From contig OZ252225.1 in NCBI GenBank assembly GCA_965249315.1, positions 1,255,973 to 1,319,972 on the forward strand: 64,000 nucleotides of DNA, written 5' to 3'. Below, one piece after another: positions 56,001-64,000 of the stretch; within the stretch, counting starts at the first letter, position 1, and each line of letters opens with the position of its first letter. The stretch is from Dehalococcoidia bacterium. Its GTDB lineage: Bacteria; Chloroflexota; Dehalococcoidia; Lucifugimonadales; UBA1127. Under the pieces are notes generated by a model. It was not told where the DNA came from. It searched no databases and saw only the letters and a list, made by a program, of their open reading frames with translations. The translations under genes were made by a program, and so were the position numbers.

Positions 56001-56708
56001 TCACCTGCCGGCGTCGAGCTGCTCCTTCTGCCATGCGTAGTCGACCTGGCCCTCGTAGAACCGGTCGGGGTTTTCCACCGCCCATATCTGCTTACGTATG
56101 ACGTAGTTGTCCGGTTGCACGGCGACCCCGCGCCGCCACGCCGCTACGGCCTCGTCCACCCTGCCCTGCCGGTACAGGCCCAGCCCTTCCCGGTAGTGCT
56201 CCAGCGCCTCGCCTGCGACGTCGTCTGCGCCCCCCGTCGCCGCGCCGTCGACGGAGGCGCCGGCGGCCCAGCTTTCGGCGGCCTGCGCGTACTCGGGTTT
56301 ACGGATGTCGAAGCCGCCCCGCTTGATGTACCGGACGACCCCGTCAGCGTCGACGAAGACGGTGTTGGGGATGGCCTTGCAGTCGAAGAGCTGGCCGAGG
56401 ACGTTCTCCCCATCGACGACCGTTGGGAAGGTGGCCGCGGCCTTTTCGACGTAGGGACGCGCCTTGTCGGGGCCCTGGGCGTCGACGGCTACGGAGAGGA
56501 CCTCAACGCCCTTCGACTGGTGCCTCTGGTAGTAGTCCTGCCAGACCGGCAGTTGCTCGCGGCAGGCTCACCAGGAGGCCCACATGAAGAGGACAAGCTG
56601 TTTGCCTCGATAGGAATCGAGGGCGACTTCGCCGCCGTCCAAGGACTGCAGTGTGAGTGGGGGGAGCACCCCTCCCACGCCCACGCTCGTTTCGTACTGG
56701 ACCGCCAC
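56001..56708 (-). CDS. predicted selenoprotein: TlpA/ResA-like thioredoxin fold with WASW-U-AC and a C-terminal TPR-like helix pair (235 aa)
   Basis: Manual translation from GTG 56708 gives ...LDSYRGKQLVLFMWASW*ACREQLPVWQ...AIPNTVFVD...NYVIRKQIWAVENPDRFY; the single in-frame TGA (56568-56570) sits at the redox site and is followed by the hairpin CTGCC-GGTCT-GGCAG. Confidence 0.88.
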
Positions 56709-56753
56709 AGCTTCTCTCCGGGGTAGGTTTCTGCGAGGTCGACGACCTCGCGG

Positions 56754-56987
56754 CTAGTAGGCTCAGCCCACGCCGCCGTAGCCGACGGTGACGAGCTCGC
56801 CCTCGATGATGACGGGGGTTATGCGCTCTCCGCCCGTGAGCCGCTCCAGCTCCTCGGTGGCGCCGTCGACGAGTGTGACGTCGATCTGCTTGAAGGGGAT
56901 GCTGTCCTTCTGCAGGTCCGCCAAGGCAGCCTGGGAGTAGGCGCAGTCCGGGTGCGTGTAGATGGTAAGCGTCGTCTCCTGGGTCAC
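56754..56987 (-). CDS. predicted selenoprotein: glutaredoxin-like UXX-star-type protein ending GYGGVG-U-A-Y-stop
   Basis: IYTHPDCAYS...RITPVI; TGA (56763-56765) is followed by GCC TAC TAG and then the hairpin GCGAGGTC-GTC-GACCTCGC. Confidence 0.85.
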
Positions 56988-57171
56988 GGCATCACCTCGT
57001 ACAGGGGCTGAAGTTCCAGTGTACCCGTGCGGGCGGCTCTCGTAAAGGCGGCACTGCCGGCGGCCAGCCGCCCTAGCATGGGCCTACGCCGTCACGCCTG
57101 GTGAGCTGTGGGAGCAGATGGCGTCGAGGTTCCACTGCCTGCGCAGAAACGACGTGACGACTTTGGGGGTG

Positions 57172-57387
57172 CTAGTGCCCCATGTCGATGCGCTTTTCGC
57201 CGGAGAGGTAGGCTTTCGGCTCCTTGGAAAAGGCGACACGGCAGCCGGGCCCGCAGAAGTAGTAGGTGACGCCGTTGTGGTGGTGTGTGCCGCCGGGAGG
57301 TTTGCCGACGTCGACCTGCATGTGGCAGACGGGGTCCTCCGCGCGCTCCTTCTTGCCTCCCAGGACTCCGAGGATCTTGCCTATCAT
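57172..57387 (-). CDS. YHS-domain metal-binding protein
   Basis: EDPVCHMQVD, GVTYYFCGPGCRVAFSKEPKAY; AGGAGG RBS. Confidence 0.9.
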   Translation of the reverse strand: MIGKILGVLGGKKERAEDPVCHMQVDVGKPPGGTHHHNGVTYYFCGPGCRVAFSKEPKAYLSGEKRIDMGH

Positions 57388-57534
57388 GGATGCTCCTCCT
57401 GTGTTCTGTCTCGCTGGAGTTCGTGGCGGGAGTAGGCCAGGGGTTGTGCCGTCGAATCTTAGCATAGGTGGCGCTCCCCAATACACCGAGGCTCCTAAGC
57501 CACGGTCTTGTCTTGACGACCCGGTCCGTGCGGT

Positions 57535-60500
57535 CTAGCCGTTACAGAAGGGAAGGGCCACGTCATCGAAGTCGTGCCCGGGAACGGACCTCAACGCTGC
57601 CGGTATGCAGCCGGCGAGCTGGTTGCCGCGAAGATGCAGGCTGTCCAAGCCGGCAAGGTTGCCCAACTCCGGCGGAATCGGCCCGCTCAACCGGTTTTCA
57701 TATAGGTACAGCTCTTCCAAGTTTGGAAGGTCGCCCAGATCAGGTGGTATCAGCCCGCTCAGCTGGTTACCACCGAGGCTCAGATAGGAGAGTCTTGAGA
57801 GGGCGCCCAGCCATGCCGGTATCTCGCCGGTCAGTTGGTTTCCCCAGAGGACCAAGCGTTCCAAGTTGGCCAGCTTCCCCAGTCCCCCTGGTATCTCTCC
57901 GCTCAACTGGTTCTCATTGAGGTGGAGCTCTTCCAAGTTGGAAAGGTCGCCCAGACCAGGTGGTATCGGCCCGCTCAGCTGGTTCTTGCTAAGGTCCAAG
58001 TAGCCCAGGCCGGAGAACCGGCCCAGCTCCGGCGGTATCGGCCCGCTCAACTGGTTCTTGCTAAGGTCCAAGTAGCCCAGACCGGAGCCCTGCCCCAGCT
58101 CCGGCAGTATCAGTCCGCTCAGCCCGGAGAGCTGCCCCAGCTCCGGCGGTATCAGCCCGCTGAGCTGGTTGCCACCGAGGTTCAGATAGGATAGTCCTGA
58201 GAGGGCGCCCAGCCACGCCGGGATCTCGCCGGTCAACTGGTTCTCCGAGAGGTCCAGGCGCGCCAAGCCGGCGAGCTTCCCCAGCTCCTCCGGTATCTCT
58301 CCGCTCAACTGGTTTCCGCTGAGGTCCAAGTAACCCAGGCCGGAGAGGTTGCCCAGCTCCGGCGGTACGGGCCCGCTCAACTGGTTCCCGCTCAAGTCCA
58401 GTGCGACGACGGAACCTTCACAGTCGGCGATTACCCCGTGCCATTCGTCCAGCGGGGCGTCGCTCAACCAGTTCTCGCTGTTCTCCCACCCAGGGCCGTT
58501 GGTAGCATTGTAGACCGCTACCAATGCGTTTCTTACCTCGCTCGAAGGCGCGGCCCTGGGTGCAGCGGTATAGCCGGCAACCGGTCTTCCGTGAAGACAG
58601 TGGTACAGGAGACGGAACTCATCCTGCTGCGATGGCGGGGTGTTCCTCAGCAACGTCTGGTATATCTTGTCTTCCGTCGTCCTTTCGTAGCTACGGGTCT
58701 CGTACAACTCCCGTAGGGCAAATGATACAACCTCATGCCCCAAGGCATGATGCAGTCCCGCCAGGAAGTGAGTGCCCAGCCAATACGGGCACCGACGCGG
58801 CGTTCCGTCATCACCAATTAGGCTCAACCCGGAATCGGCCCACCCTTGAATATTCGTCACACCGAAGGGATCGCAATCCTCAGCAATCTGCACCTTCAAA
58901 GCCAAGTGGGCCGCCCGGAAGGAGATTTCGCCTCCGGCCGCCTTCAAAGCAGTGTAGTGCGCCACGAAATTCGCCCCTCCTTCAGTTAGCCAAGTCGGAG
59001 TGCGGGTTCCCCAGTATGAGGAGAAGTAGAAGTGTGCCACCTCGTGGTGAACCACAAAGTTGGTCGGTTGCTTGAGGAGCAGGTGAGTCCCATAGTTCAG
59101 ACCCAGACCCCTGAACGAGGACCCGTGGTGTTCGGTTTCCACCAACATGATGACATCGGACTTTGGCCACGGTGTCCCCAGGAGATTCTCCGACTGCTCG
59201 GCGGCGAGGGCCGCCGCGTCCAGCGCGTTTTGCAACCAGAACCCCGACCTTCCGACCGCGAACAGGTCCACCTCGCCGGCCAGGGGAAGAGAAATCGTTT
59301 CCGGCCACACCTGGCCGTTCTGTGCCAGGTCCTCAAAGAGCGCCTCGGAAGGAGCAACACTTCGCAGCGTGACTACCAGCGCCGCCTCCTCTGCGGTCAG
59401 GCCGTCCTGCGCCCAGGGCTGACTCAGGATCCACTCCGCTCGTCCGGGGTAATGCGAGACCCGTCGCAGACTGGACGCCGTGTCCAGCATGAGGCTCCCC
59501 GTCCGGTCCGGAATGGTCGTAACCACGGCGGCTGCTTCCTGCCAGTTGGCGGTCAAGCCAAAGAGATCGGACAGTGCCTGGAGCTCCTCTTCGGTGACAC
59601 CATCCGAGAGCCACGGCGCGGCCACAACTCGCTGAGCAATTGCAGAGTCAATCCGCTCGAAAGCTCGAATGTGACCGTCTGCGAGTCTCTCGTTATCGGT
59701 GAGGCCGTCCTGCACCCACGGCAGCCGCCCCTTGCTAAACGGTGAGACAGTAACGGCCACCCCGTTGGAGCAATTGTTGGTCGTGTTCGTCTCGCCGGAC
59801 GCCGGGTCTACACAGACGCCGTAGTGGTACGTGCCCGGCGCGGACGGCGCCCGCGTGAAGACGGACTCCGCGCTGCTGCCGGACACACTCAGCCTGGAAA
59901 CGTGGTCCCTGCCCACTTCGGCGTCGTCTGCCGTGACGGTGGCGTCGGTTGAGCGATAGTAGCGCAGCGTTGTGGGGCTGGAAGGTCCGTCTCCCCGGTT
60001 CCGTACCACGACGCTCAATGCCAGGTGTTGGTCCGCCATCAGGTCGCTGTCGCTCACCGTTAGCGGGTCCACCTCCAGGTCGGGCGGGGGTGGACGCACG
60101 CGAATGGCGAGGGCAGCGGAGCAGTTGTTGGTTGTGTCGGACTCGCTGGACAGCGGGCCCACGCAGACCCCGTAGTAGTACGTACCCGGCGCGGACGGCG
60201 CCTGCGTGACGAGCGACTCAGCGCTGCTGCCGGATGCATCCAGCCCGGAAATCTGCACCGTACCCAACTCGGGATCATCAGGGGTGATGGTGGAGTCGCT
60301 GGAGCGATGGTAGCTCAATGTCGTGGGACCTGAAGTCCCGTCTCCCTGGTTCCGTACGACGACGTTCAGCGTGAGGGACTGGTCCGCCATTGGGCTGCTG
60401 TCGCTCACCGTTAGCTGGTCCACCAGTAGATCGGACGGCGGTAGCACCACTGTGACGGCTACGGGACCGGAGCAGTTGTTGGTTACGTCGACCTCGCGGG

Positions 60501-61074
60501 GCAACGGCCCCACGCAGACGCCATAGTGGTACGTGCCCGGCGCGAATGGCGCCTGCGTGACGAGCGACTCCGTGCTGGTGGCCGATGGCGTGAGTCCGGA
60601 AATCTGCACCGTGCCCAACTCGGGATCATCGGGAGTGACGTTGGCGTCAGTGGAGCGGTGGTAGCTCAATGTTGTGGGGCTCGAAGGCCCGCCTCCCTGG
60701 TTTCGTACGATGACGTTCAGCATTAGGGATTGGCCTACCGTCGGGCTGCTGTCGCTGACCGTTGGCAGGTCCACCGTTAGGTCGGGCGGGGATGGCGCCG
60801 GGGTCGGTGTGGGCGGCACGGTTGGTATCGGCGTGGCAGTTGCGGTAGGCGAGGAAGCGGGACTGGCAGTCGGTGCGGGAGTGGGCGGGGGAGTCGATAT
60901 CAGGATTGATATCGGCGTCGGCGTGCCGACAGAAGCGAGCGGGGGCGGAGTGGGCTCATCTTCGCATGCTGACAGTAGTGCGGCAACGGCGGCGCAGGCC
61001 GCTACGAACACCGCACAGCGTATCAGGGTGCTCCGTAATTCATGGCGTTCAGAGTAAACCGGCCTGTTTGTCAC
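57535..61074 (-). CDS. large lipoprotein: Pro/Thr linker, three CARDB/Ig-like repeats, zinc metallopeptidase domain, plant-type LRR array
   Basis: Lipobox LSAC; three repeats of PDLxV...VRNQGxG...APxAPGTYxYGVCV...NNCS; HHEVAH...WLTEGGANF; about 11 LDLSxNQLSGxIPxELGxL repeats preceded by ALVAVYNATNGPGW. Confidence 0.92.
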   Translation of the reverse strand: MTNRPVYSERHELRSTLIRCAVFVAACAAVAALLSACEDEPTPPPLASVGTPTPISILISTPPPTPAPTASPASSPTATATPIPTVPPTPTPAPSPPDLTVDLPTVSDSSPTVGQSLMLNVIVRNQGGGPSSPTTLSYHRSTDANVTPDDPELGTVQISGLTPSATSTESLVTQAPFAPGTYHYGVCVGPLPREVDVTNNCSGPVAVTVVLPPSDLLVDQLTVSDSSPMADQSLTLNVVVRNQGDGTSGPTTLSYHRSSDSTITPDDPELGTVQISGLDASGSSAESLVTQAPSAPGTYYYGVCVGPLSSESDTTNNCSAALAIRVRPPPPDLEVDPLTVSDSDLMADQHLALSVVVRNRGDGPSSPTTLRYYRSTDATVTADDAEVGRDHVSRLSVSGSSAESVFTRAPSAPGTYHYGVCVDPASGETNTTNNCSNGVAVTVSPFSKGRLPWVQDGLTDNERLADGHIRAFERIDSAIAQRVVAAPWLSDGVTEEELQALSDLFGLTANWQEAAAVVTTIPDRTGSLMLDTASSLRRVSHYPGRAEWILSQPWAQDGLTAEEAALVVTLRSVAPSEALFEDLAQNGQVWPETISLPLAGEVDLFAVGRSGFWLQNALDAAALAAEQSENLLGTPWPKSDVIMLVETEHHGSSFRGLGLNYGTHLLLKQPTNFVVHHEVAHFYFSSYWGTRTPTWLTEGGANFVAHYTALKAAGGEISFRAAHLALKVQIAEDCDPFGVTNIQGWADSGLSLIGDDGTPRRCPYWLGTHFLAGLHHALGHEVVSFALRELYETRSYERTTEDKIYQTLLRNTPPSQQDEFRLLYHCLHGRPVAGYTAAPRAAPSSEVRNALVAVYNATNGPGWENSENWLSDAPLDEWHGVIADCEGSVVALDLSGNQLSGPVPPELGNLSGLGYLDLSGNQLSGEIPEELGKLAGLARLDLSENQLTGEIPAWLGALSGLSYLNLGGNQLSGLIPPELGQLSGLSGLILPELGQGSGLGYLDLSKNQLSGPIPPELGRFSGLGYLDLSKNQLSGPIPPGLGDLSNLEELHLNENQLSGEIPGGLGKLANLERLVLWGNQLTGEIPAWLGALSRLSYLSLGGNQLSGLIPPDLGDLPNLEELYLYENRLSGPIPPELGNLAGLDSLHLRGNQLAGCIPAALRSVPGHDFDDVALPFCNG

Positions 61075-61243
61075 TTGCCATTCCGTGTGACCCCGTGTGA
61101 CCGTCTGCCTCTACAGGAATCTGGCAAACGGTGAGCAAAGGGTGCGCGCGGTCGAATCTTAGCATGGATGGCACGGAAGGGCAGAGAGCCAGGCTGACTA
61201 GCGTCTGAGGCGAGTCCCAATGTGGGAGTTCCCTATATTTGCT

Positions 61244-61972
61244 TTATAGATGATCGGCCGCCTTGCCGGATACCTCTGCGACGATTCCGAAATGGTCCGA
61301 TAGCACTGCAGCACCTTGGATGTTGCCTAGCACGTGCAGGGACTGAACGACCAGGTCTTCGCTCAGGGCAATGTGGTCGATGCTCTCGCGTCCCCCGAAT
61401 GCAAGGCTCGACGTGGCAATGCTGACCGTGGGCGGGAAGGCCCCGAGAAGCGCCTGTCGCAACGCGGTGGGCGCACGGCCCTTTGCCCCGAGAGCCTGAT
61501 TGAAGTCTCCCATAATGAGCAGGCGCTTGGTAGGCGCCCGTGCGAGCACTTCCGTCAGACCCACCAGGTATTCCTCGTGGTCCTGCCACCGCCTCCGGCG
61601 CCCCGAATTGCGGCTGGCTTCGGTGCGCGATCCAAACCAAGGGATGCCGATGCCGATGACCGTGACTTCGCCAAGGGACGTTTGCGTGACTCCCGCTACG
61701 AATCGCCCAGGCGGCAGGGACTTGTTTCCCACGCAGTCGACCTGGGTCCACGGTTGTTGTGACCAGAGCACGACCTTCCGCCGGGTCTCCTTCGCCTCAT
61801 ACCCGTAATCCCTCTGAGCGGAGACTGTATGGCCTGACCGAGACAGCAGTTCCACATGTGTCTCAGTGAGACAGACAACCTCGGGAGAGTATCGCTCAAG
61901 ACGCCTCAGGAGTTCGTGGGTACGCCGTGAGGCGGGCGTCGCCCACTGGACGTTCCACGTTGCAACCCACAT
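61244..61972 (-). CDS. endonuclease/exonuclease/phosphatase family protein
   Basis: VATWNV, VCLTE, MGDFN, IDHI, LSDHFG. Confidence 0.88.
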   Translation of the reverse strand: MWVATWNVQWATPASRRTHELLRRLERYSPEVVCLTETHVELLSRSGHTVSAQRDYGYEAKETRRKVVLWSQQPWTQVDCVGNKSLPPGRFVAGVTQTSLGEVTVIGIGIPWFGSRTEASRNSGRRRRWQDHEEYLVGLTEVLARAPTKRLLIMGDFNQALGAKGRAPTALRQALLGAFPPTVSIATSSLAFGGRESIDHIALSEDLVVQSLHVLGNIQGAAVLSDHFGIVAEVSGKAADHL

Positions 61973-61976
61973 TGGG

Positions 61977-64000
61977 CTAGCCGGGGCGGAGGCGGCGGAG
62001 GCGCAGGGAGTTGCCGACGACGGAGACGGAGCTGAGGGCCATGGCCAGGGCCGCGAGGACGGGGTTCAGGAAGCCCCGGTCGCCGAAGAAGGGCTCAAGC
62101 CCACCGGGGACGCCGCCGAGGGTCTGGAAGAGGGGGTAGAGGGCGCCCGCAGCCACGGGGATGAGCAGGACGTTGTAGAAGAAGGCCCAGAAGAGGTTCT
62201 GTCGAATGGTGCGGACGGTGGAGCGGCTGAGCCGGAGCGCCGTGAGGACGCCCCGCAGGTCGCCGCGCATCAGGGTGACCTCCGCCGCCTCGACGGAGAC
62301 GCCGGCGCCGGTGCCCATGGCGATGCCCACGGAGGCCTGGGCGAGTGCGGGAGCGTCGTTGACGCCGTCGCCGACCATTGCCACCACCTGGCCCTCGTCC
62401 TGCAGGGCGCGAACCTGGGCGGCCTTGTCCTGGGGCAGCACCTCGGCGACGACGCGGTCGACGCTGAGCTCCCGGGCCACGGCCTCCGCCGTCCGCGAGT
62501 GGTCGCCGGTGAGCAGAACGACGCCGATGCCCATCTGCCGCAGACGTGCGACAACCTCGGCGGCCTCGGGCTTCAGCGTATCGGCGACGGCGAGGAGGCC
62601 CAGCGCCCGGCCGTCGGCGGCGACGAAGACGGCGGTGACGCCGCGAGCGGAGAGCTCCTCCCACCGCGCCTCCAGGCCGTCGAGGGGGATGCGGTGGGAC
62701 TCCATGAGGGCCCGGTTGCCGATGACGACCTGCCGGCCATCGACCGTGGCTTCGACGCCCAGGCCGGGCGCCGCCTGGAAGTCCTGCGGCTCGGCCAGAG
62801 CGATCCCCTCGCTGCGGGCTGCTTCGACGATGGCCTCGCCCAGGGCATGCTCCGACGCTCGCTCGGCCGATGCTGCGAGACGCAGGACCTGCTCGCGGTC
62901 GTCTGCGGGGACGACGTCGGTGACGGTGGGCGTCCCGCGGGTGACCGTGCCGGTCTTGTCCAGGACGACCGTCGTCACTCGGTGGGCCTGCTCCAAGGCC
63001 TCTGCGCTGCGGACCAGTACGCCGTACTCGGCGCCCTTCCCAATGCCCACCATGATGGCGGTGGGCGTGGCGAGGCCCAGGGCGCAGGGGCACGCGATGA
63101 TGAGGACGGTCACAAAGGTGAGCAGCGAGTAGGTCAGGGAGGGCTCAGGGCCGAGCATCAGCCAGAGGAGGAAGGAGAAGGAGGCGACGGCGATAACCGC
63201 CGGCACGAAGTAGGCAGCGACCCTGTCGACAAGCCGCTGGACGGGGGCACGGGAACCCTGGGCGGTCTCGACGAGGCGGATGATCTGGGCGAGGACGGTG
63301 TCGCGGCCCACCTGGGTGGCCTGGAAGGTGAAGCTGCCGGTGCGGTTGAGGGTGGCCCCGAAGACCCTGTCGCTCGGCCCCTTCTCGACGGGCATGCTCT
63401 CGCCGGTGAGGGTGGACTCGTCGAGGGTGGAGGCGCCCGCGGTCACGACGCCGTCGACGGGCACCTTCTCGCCGGGGCGCACTAGCACGAGGTCGCCGGG
63501 CACGACCTCCGCGATGGGCACGTCCACGGCGTCGCCATCGCGCTGGACGCGGGCGGTCTGGGGCTGGAGGCCCAAGAGCGTGCGAATGGCCTCCGAGGTG
63601 CGGCCCTTCGCCCGGGCCTCGAGGAGGCGTCCGAGGAGGACGAGGGCGATGATGAGGGTGGAGGTGTCGAAGTAGACGCCGATCTCCACGCCGCGGTCGG
63701 CAAAGAAGCCGGTGAAGAGGGTGACGGCGACACTGAAGAGATAGGCGGTACTGGTGCCCAGGACGATGAGGGTGTGCATGTTGGCGGTGCGGTGTCGCAG
63801 GGCGCCCAGGCCGGAGACGTAGAACTGCCAGCCCGCCCAGAACTGGACGGGCGTGGCCAGGGCCCAGAGGACGTACCAGTCCTGCAGGAAGGCCGGGACC
63901 CAGGGGAAGAGGTCCGGCATGCTGCCCAGCAGGACCGCAAGGCCCAGGAGACCCGCGACGGCGAGACGCCTCTGCAGGCCGCGGATTTCCGCCGTGCGGG
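61977..64000 (-). CDS. copA: Cu(I)-translocating P1B-type ATPase (5' part outside the window)
   Basis: [46 protein letters not shown]; the frame stays open to the window edge. Confidence 0.95.
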   Translation of the reverse strand, partial: RTAEIRGLQRRLAVAGLLGLAVLLGSMPDLFPWVPAFLQDWYVLWALATPVQFWAGWQFYVSGLGALRHRTANMHTLIVLGTSTAYLFSVAVTLFTGFFADRGVEIGVYFDTSTLIIALVLLGRLLEARAKGRTSEAIRTLLGLQPQTARVQRDGDAVDVPIAEVVPGDLVLVRPGEKVPVDGVVTAGASTLDESTLTGESMPVEKGPSDRVFGATLNRTGSFTFQATQVGRDTVLAQIIRLVETAQGSRAPVQRLVDRVAAYFVPAVIAVASFSFLLWLMLGPEPSLTYSLLTFVTVLIIACPCALGLATPTAIMVGIGKGAEYGVLVRSAEALEQAHRVTTVVLDKTGTVTRGTPTVTDVVPADDREQVLRLAASAERASEHALGEAIVEAARSEGIALAEPQDFQAAPGLGVEATVDGRQVVIGNRALMESHRIPLDGLEARWEELSARGVTAVFVAADGRALGLLAVADTLKPEAAEVVARLRQMGIGVVLLTGDHSRTAEAVARELSVDRVVAEVLPQDKAAQVRALQDEGQVVAMVGDGVNDAPALAQASVGIAMGTGAGVSVEAAEVTLMRGDLRGVLTALRLSRSTVRTIRQNLFWAFFYNVLLIPVAAGALYPLFQTLGGVPGGLEPFFGDRGFLNPVLAALAMALSSVSVVGNSLRLRRLRPG

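Noticed and set aside
56115-56726. 203-aa plus-strand ORF in the supplied track
   Set aside because: It is the antisense shadow of the minus-strand selenoprotein gene.

Overview
High-GC bacterial chromosomal window. The gene content points to a Chloroflexota/Dehalococcoidia (SAR202-like) organism, possibly host- or sponge-associated; this is inference only, based on multiple amidohydrolases, enoyl-CoA hydratases, an SDR, an NHL protein, a plant-type LRR lipoprotein and a collagen-like lipoprotein. Core genes are serS, lysS, greA, recF, hisH/A/F/IE, thrB, nadA/C, tRNA-Asp, a partial copA and an NHEJ locus (ku, DUF72, ligD). Accessory genes include a Fic protein, an orphan DNA methyltransferase, a three-gene restriction-modification island and several MFS transporters. 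Three features stand out. (1) A two-gene selenoprotein operon that the ORF track misses or truncates: a glutaredoxin-like protein ending U-A-Y-stop and a TlpA/ResA-like protein with WASW-U-AC, each with a SECIS-like hairpin. (2) About 15 intergenic mosaics built from several REP-like palindromic modules, all of which I see on the same strand regardless of gene direction. (3) A myo-inositol-1-phosphate synthase fused to an N-terminal Cro-like HTH, with a palindrome overlapping its own -35 box. All calls are by eye from sequence motifs, with no database search run, and repeat boundaries are approximate.
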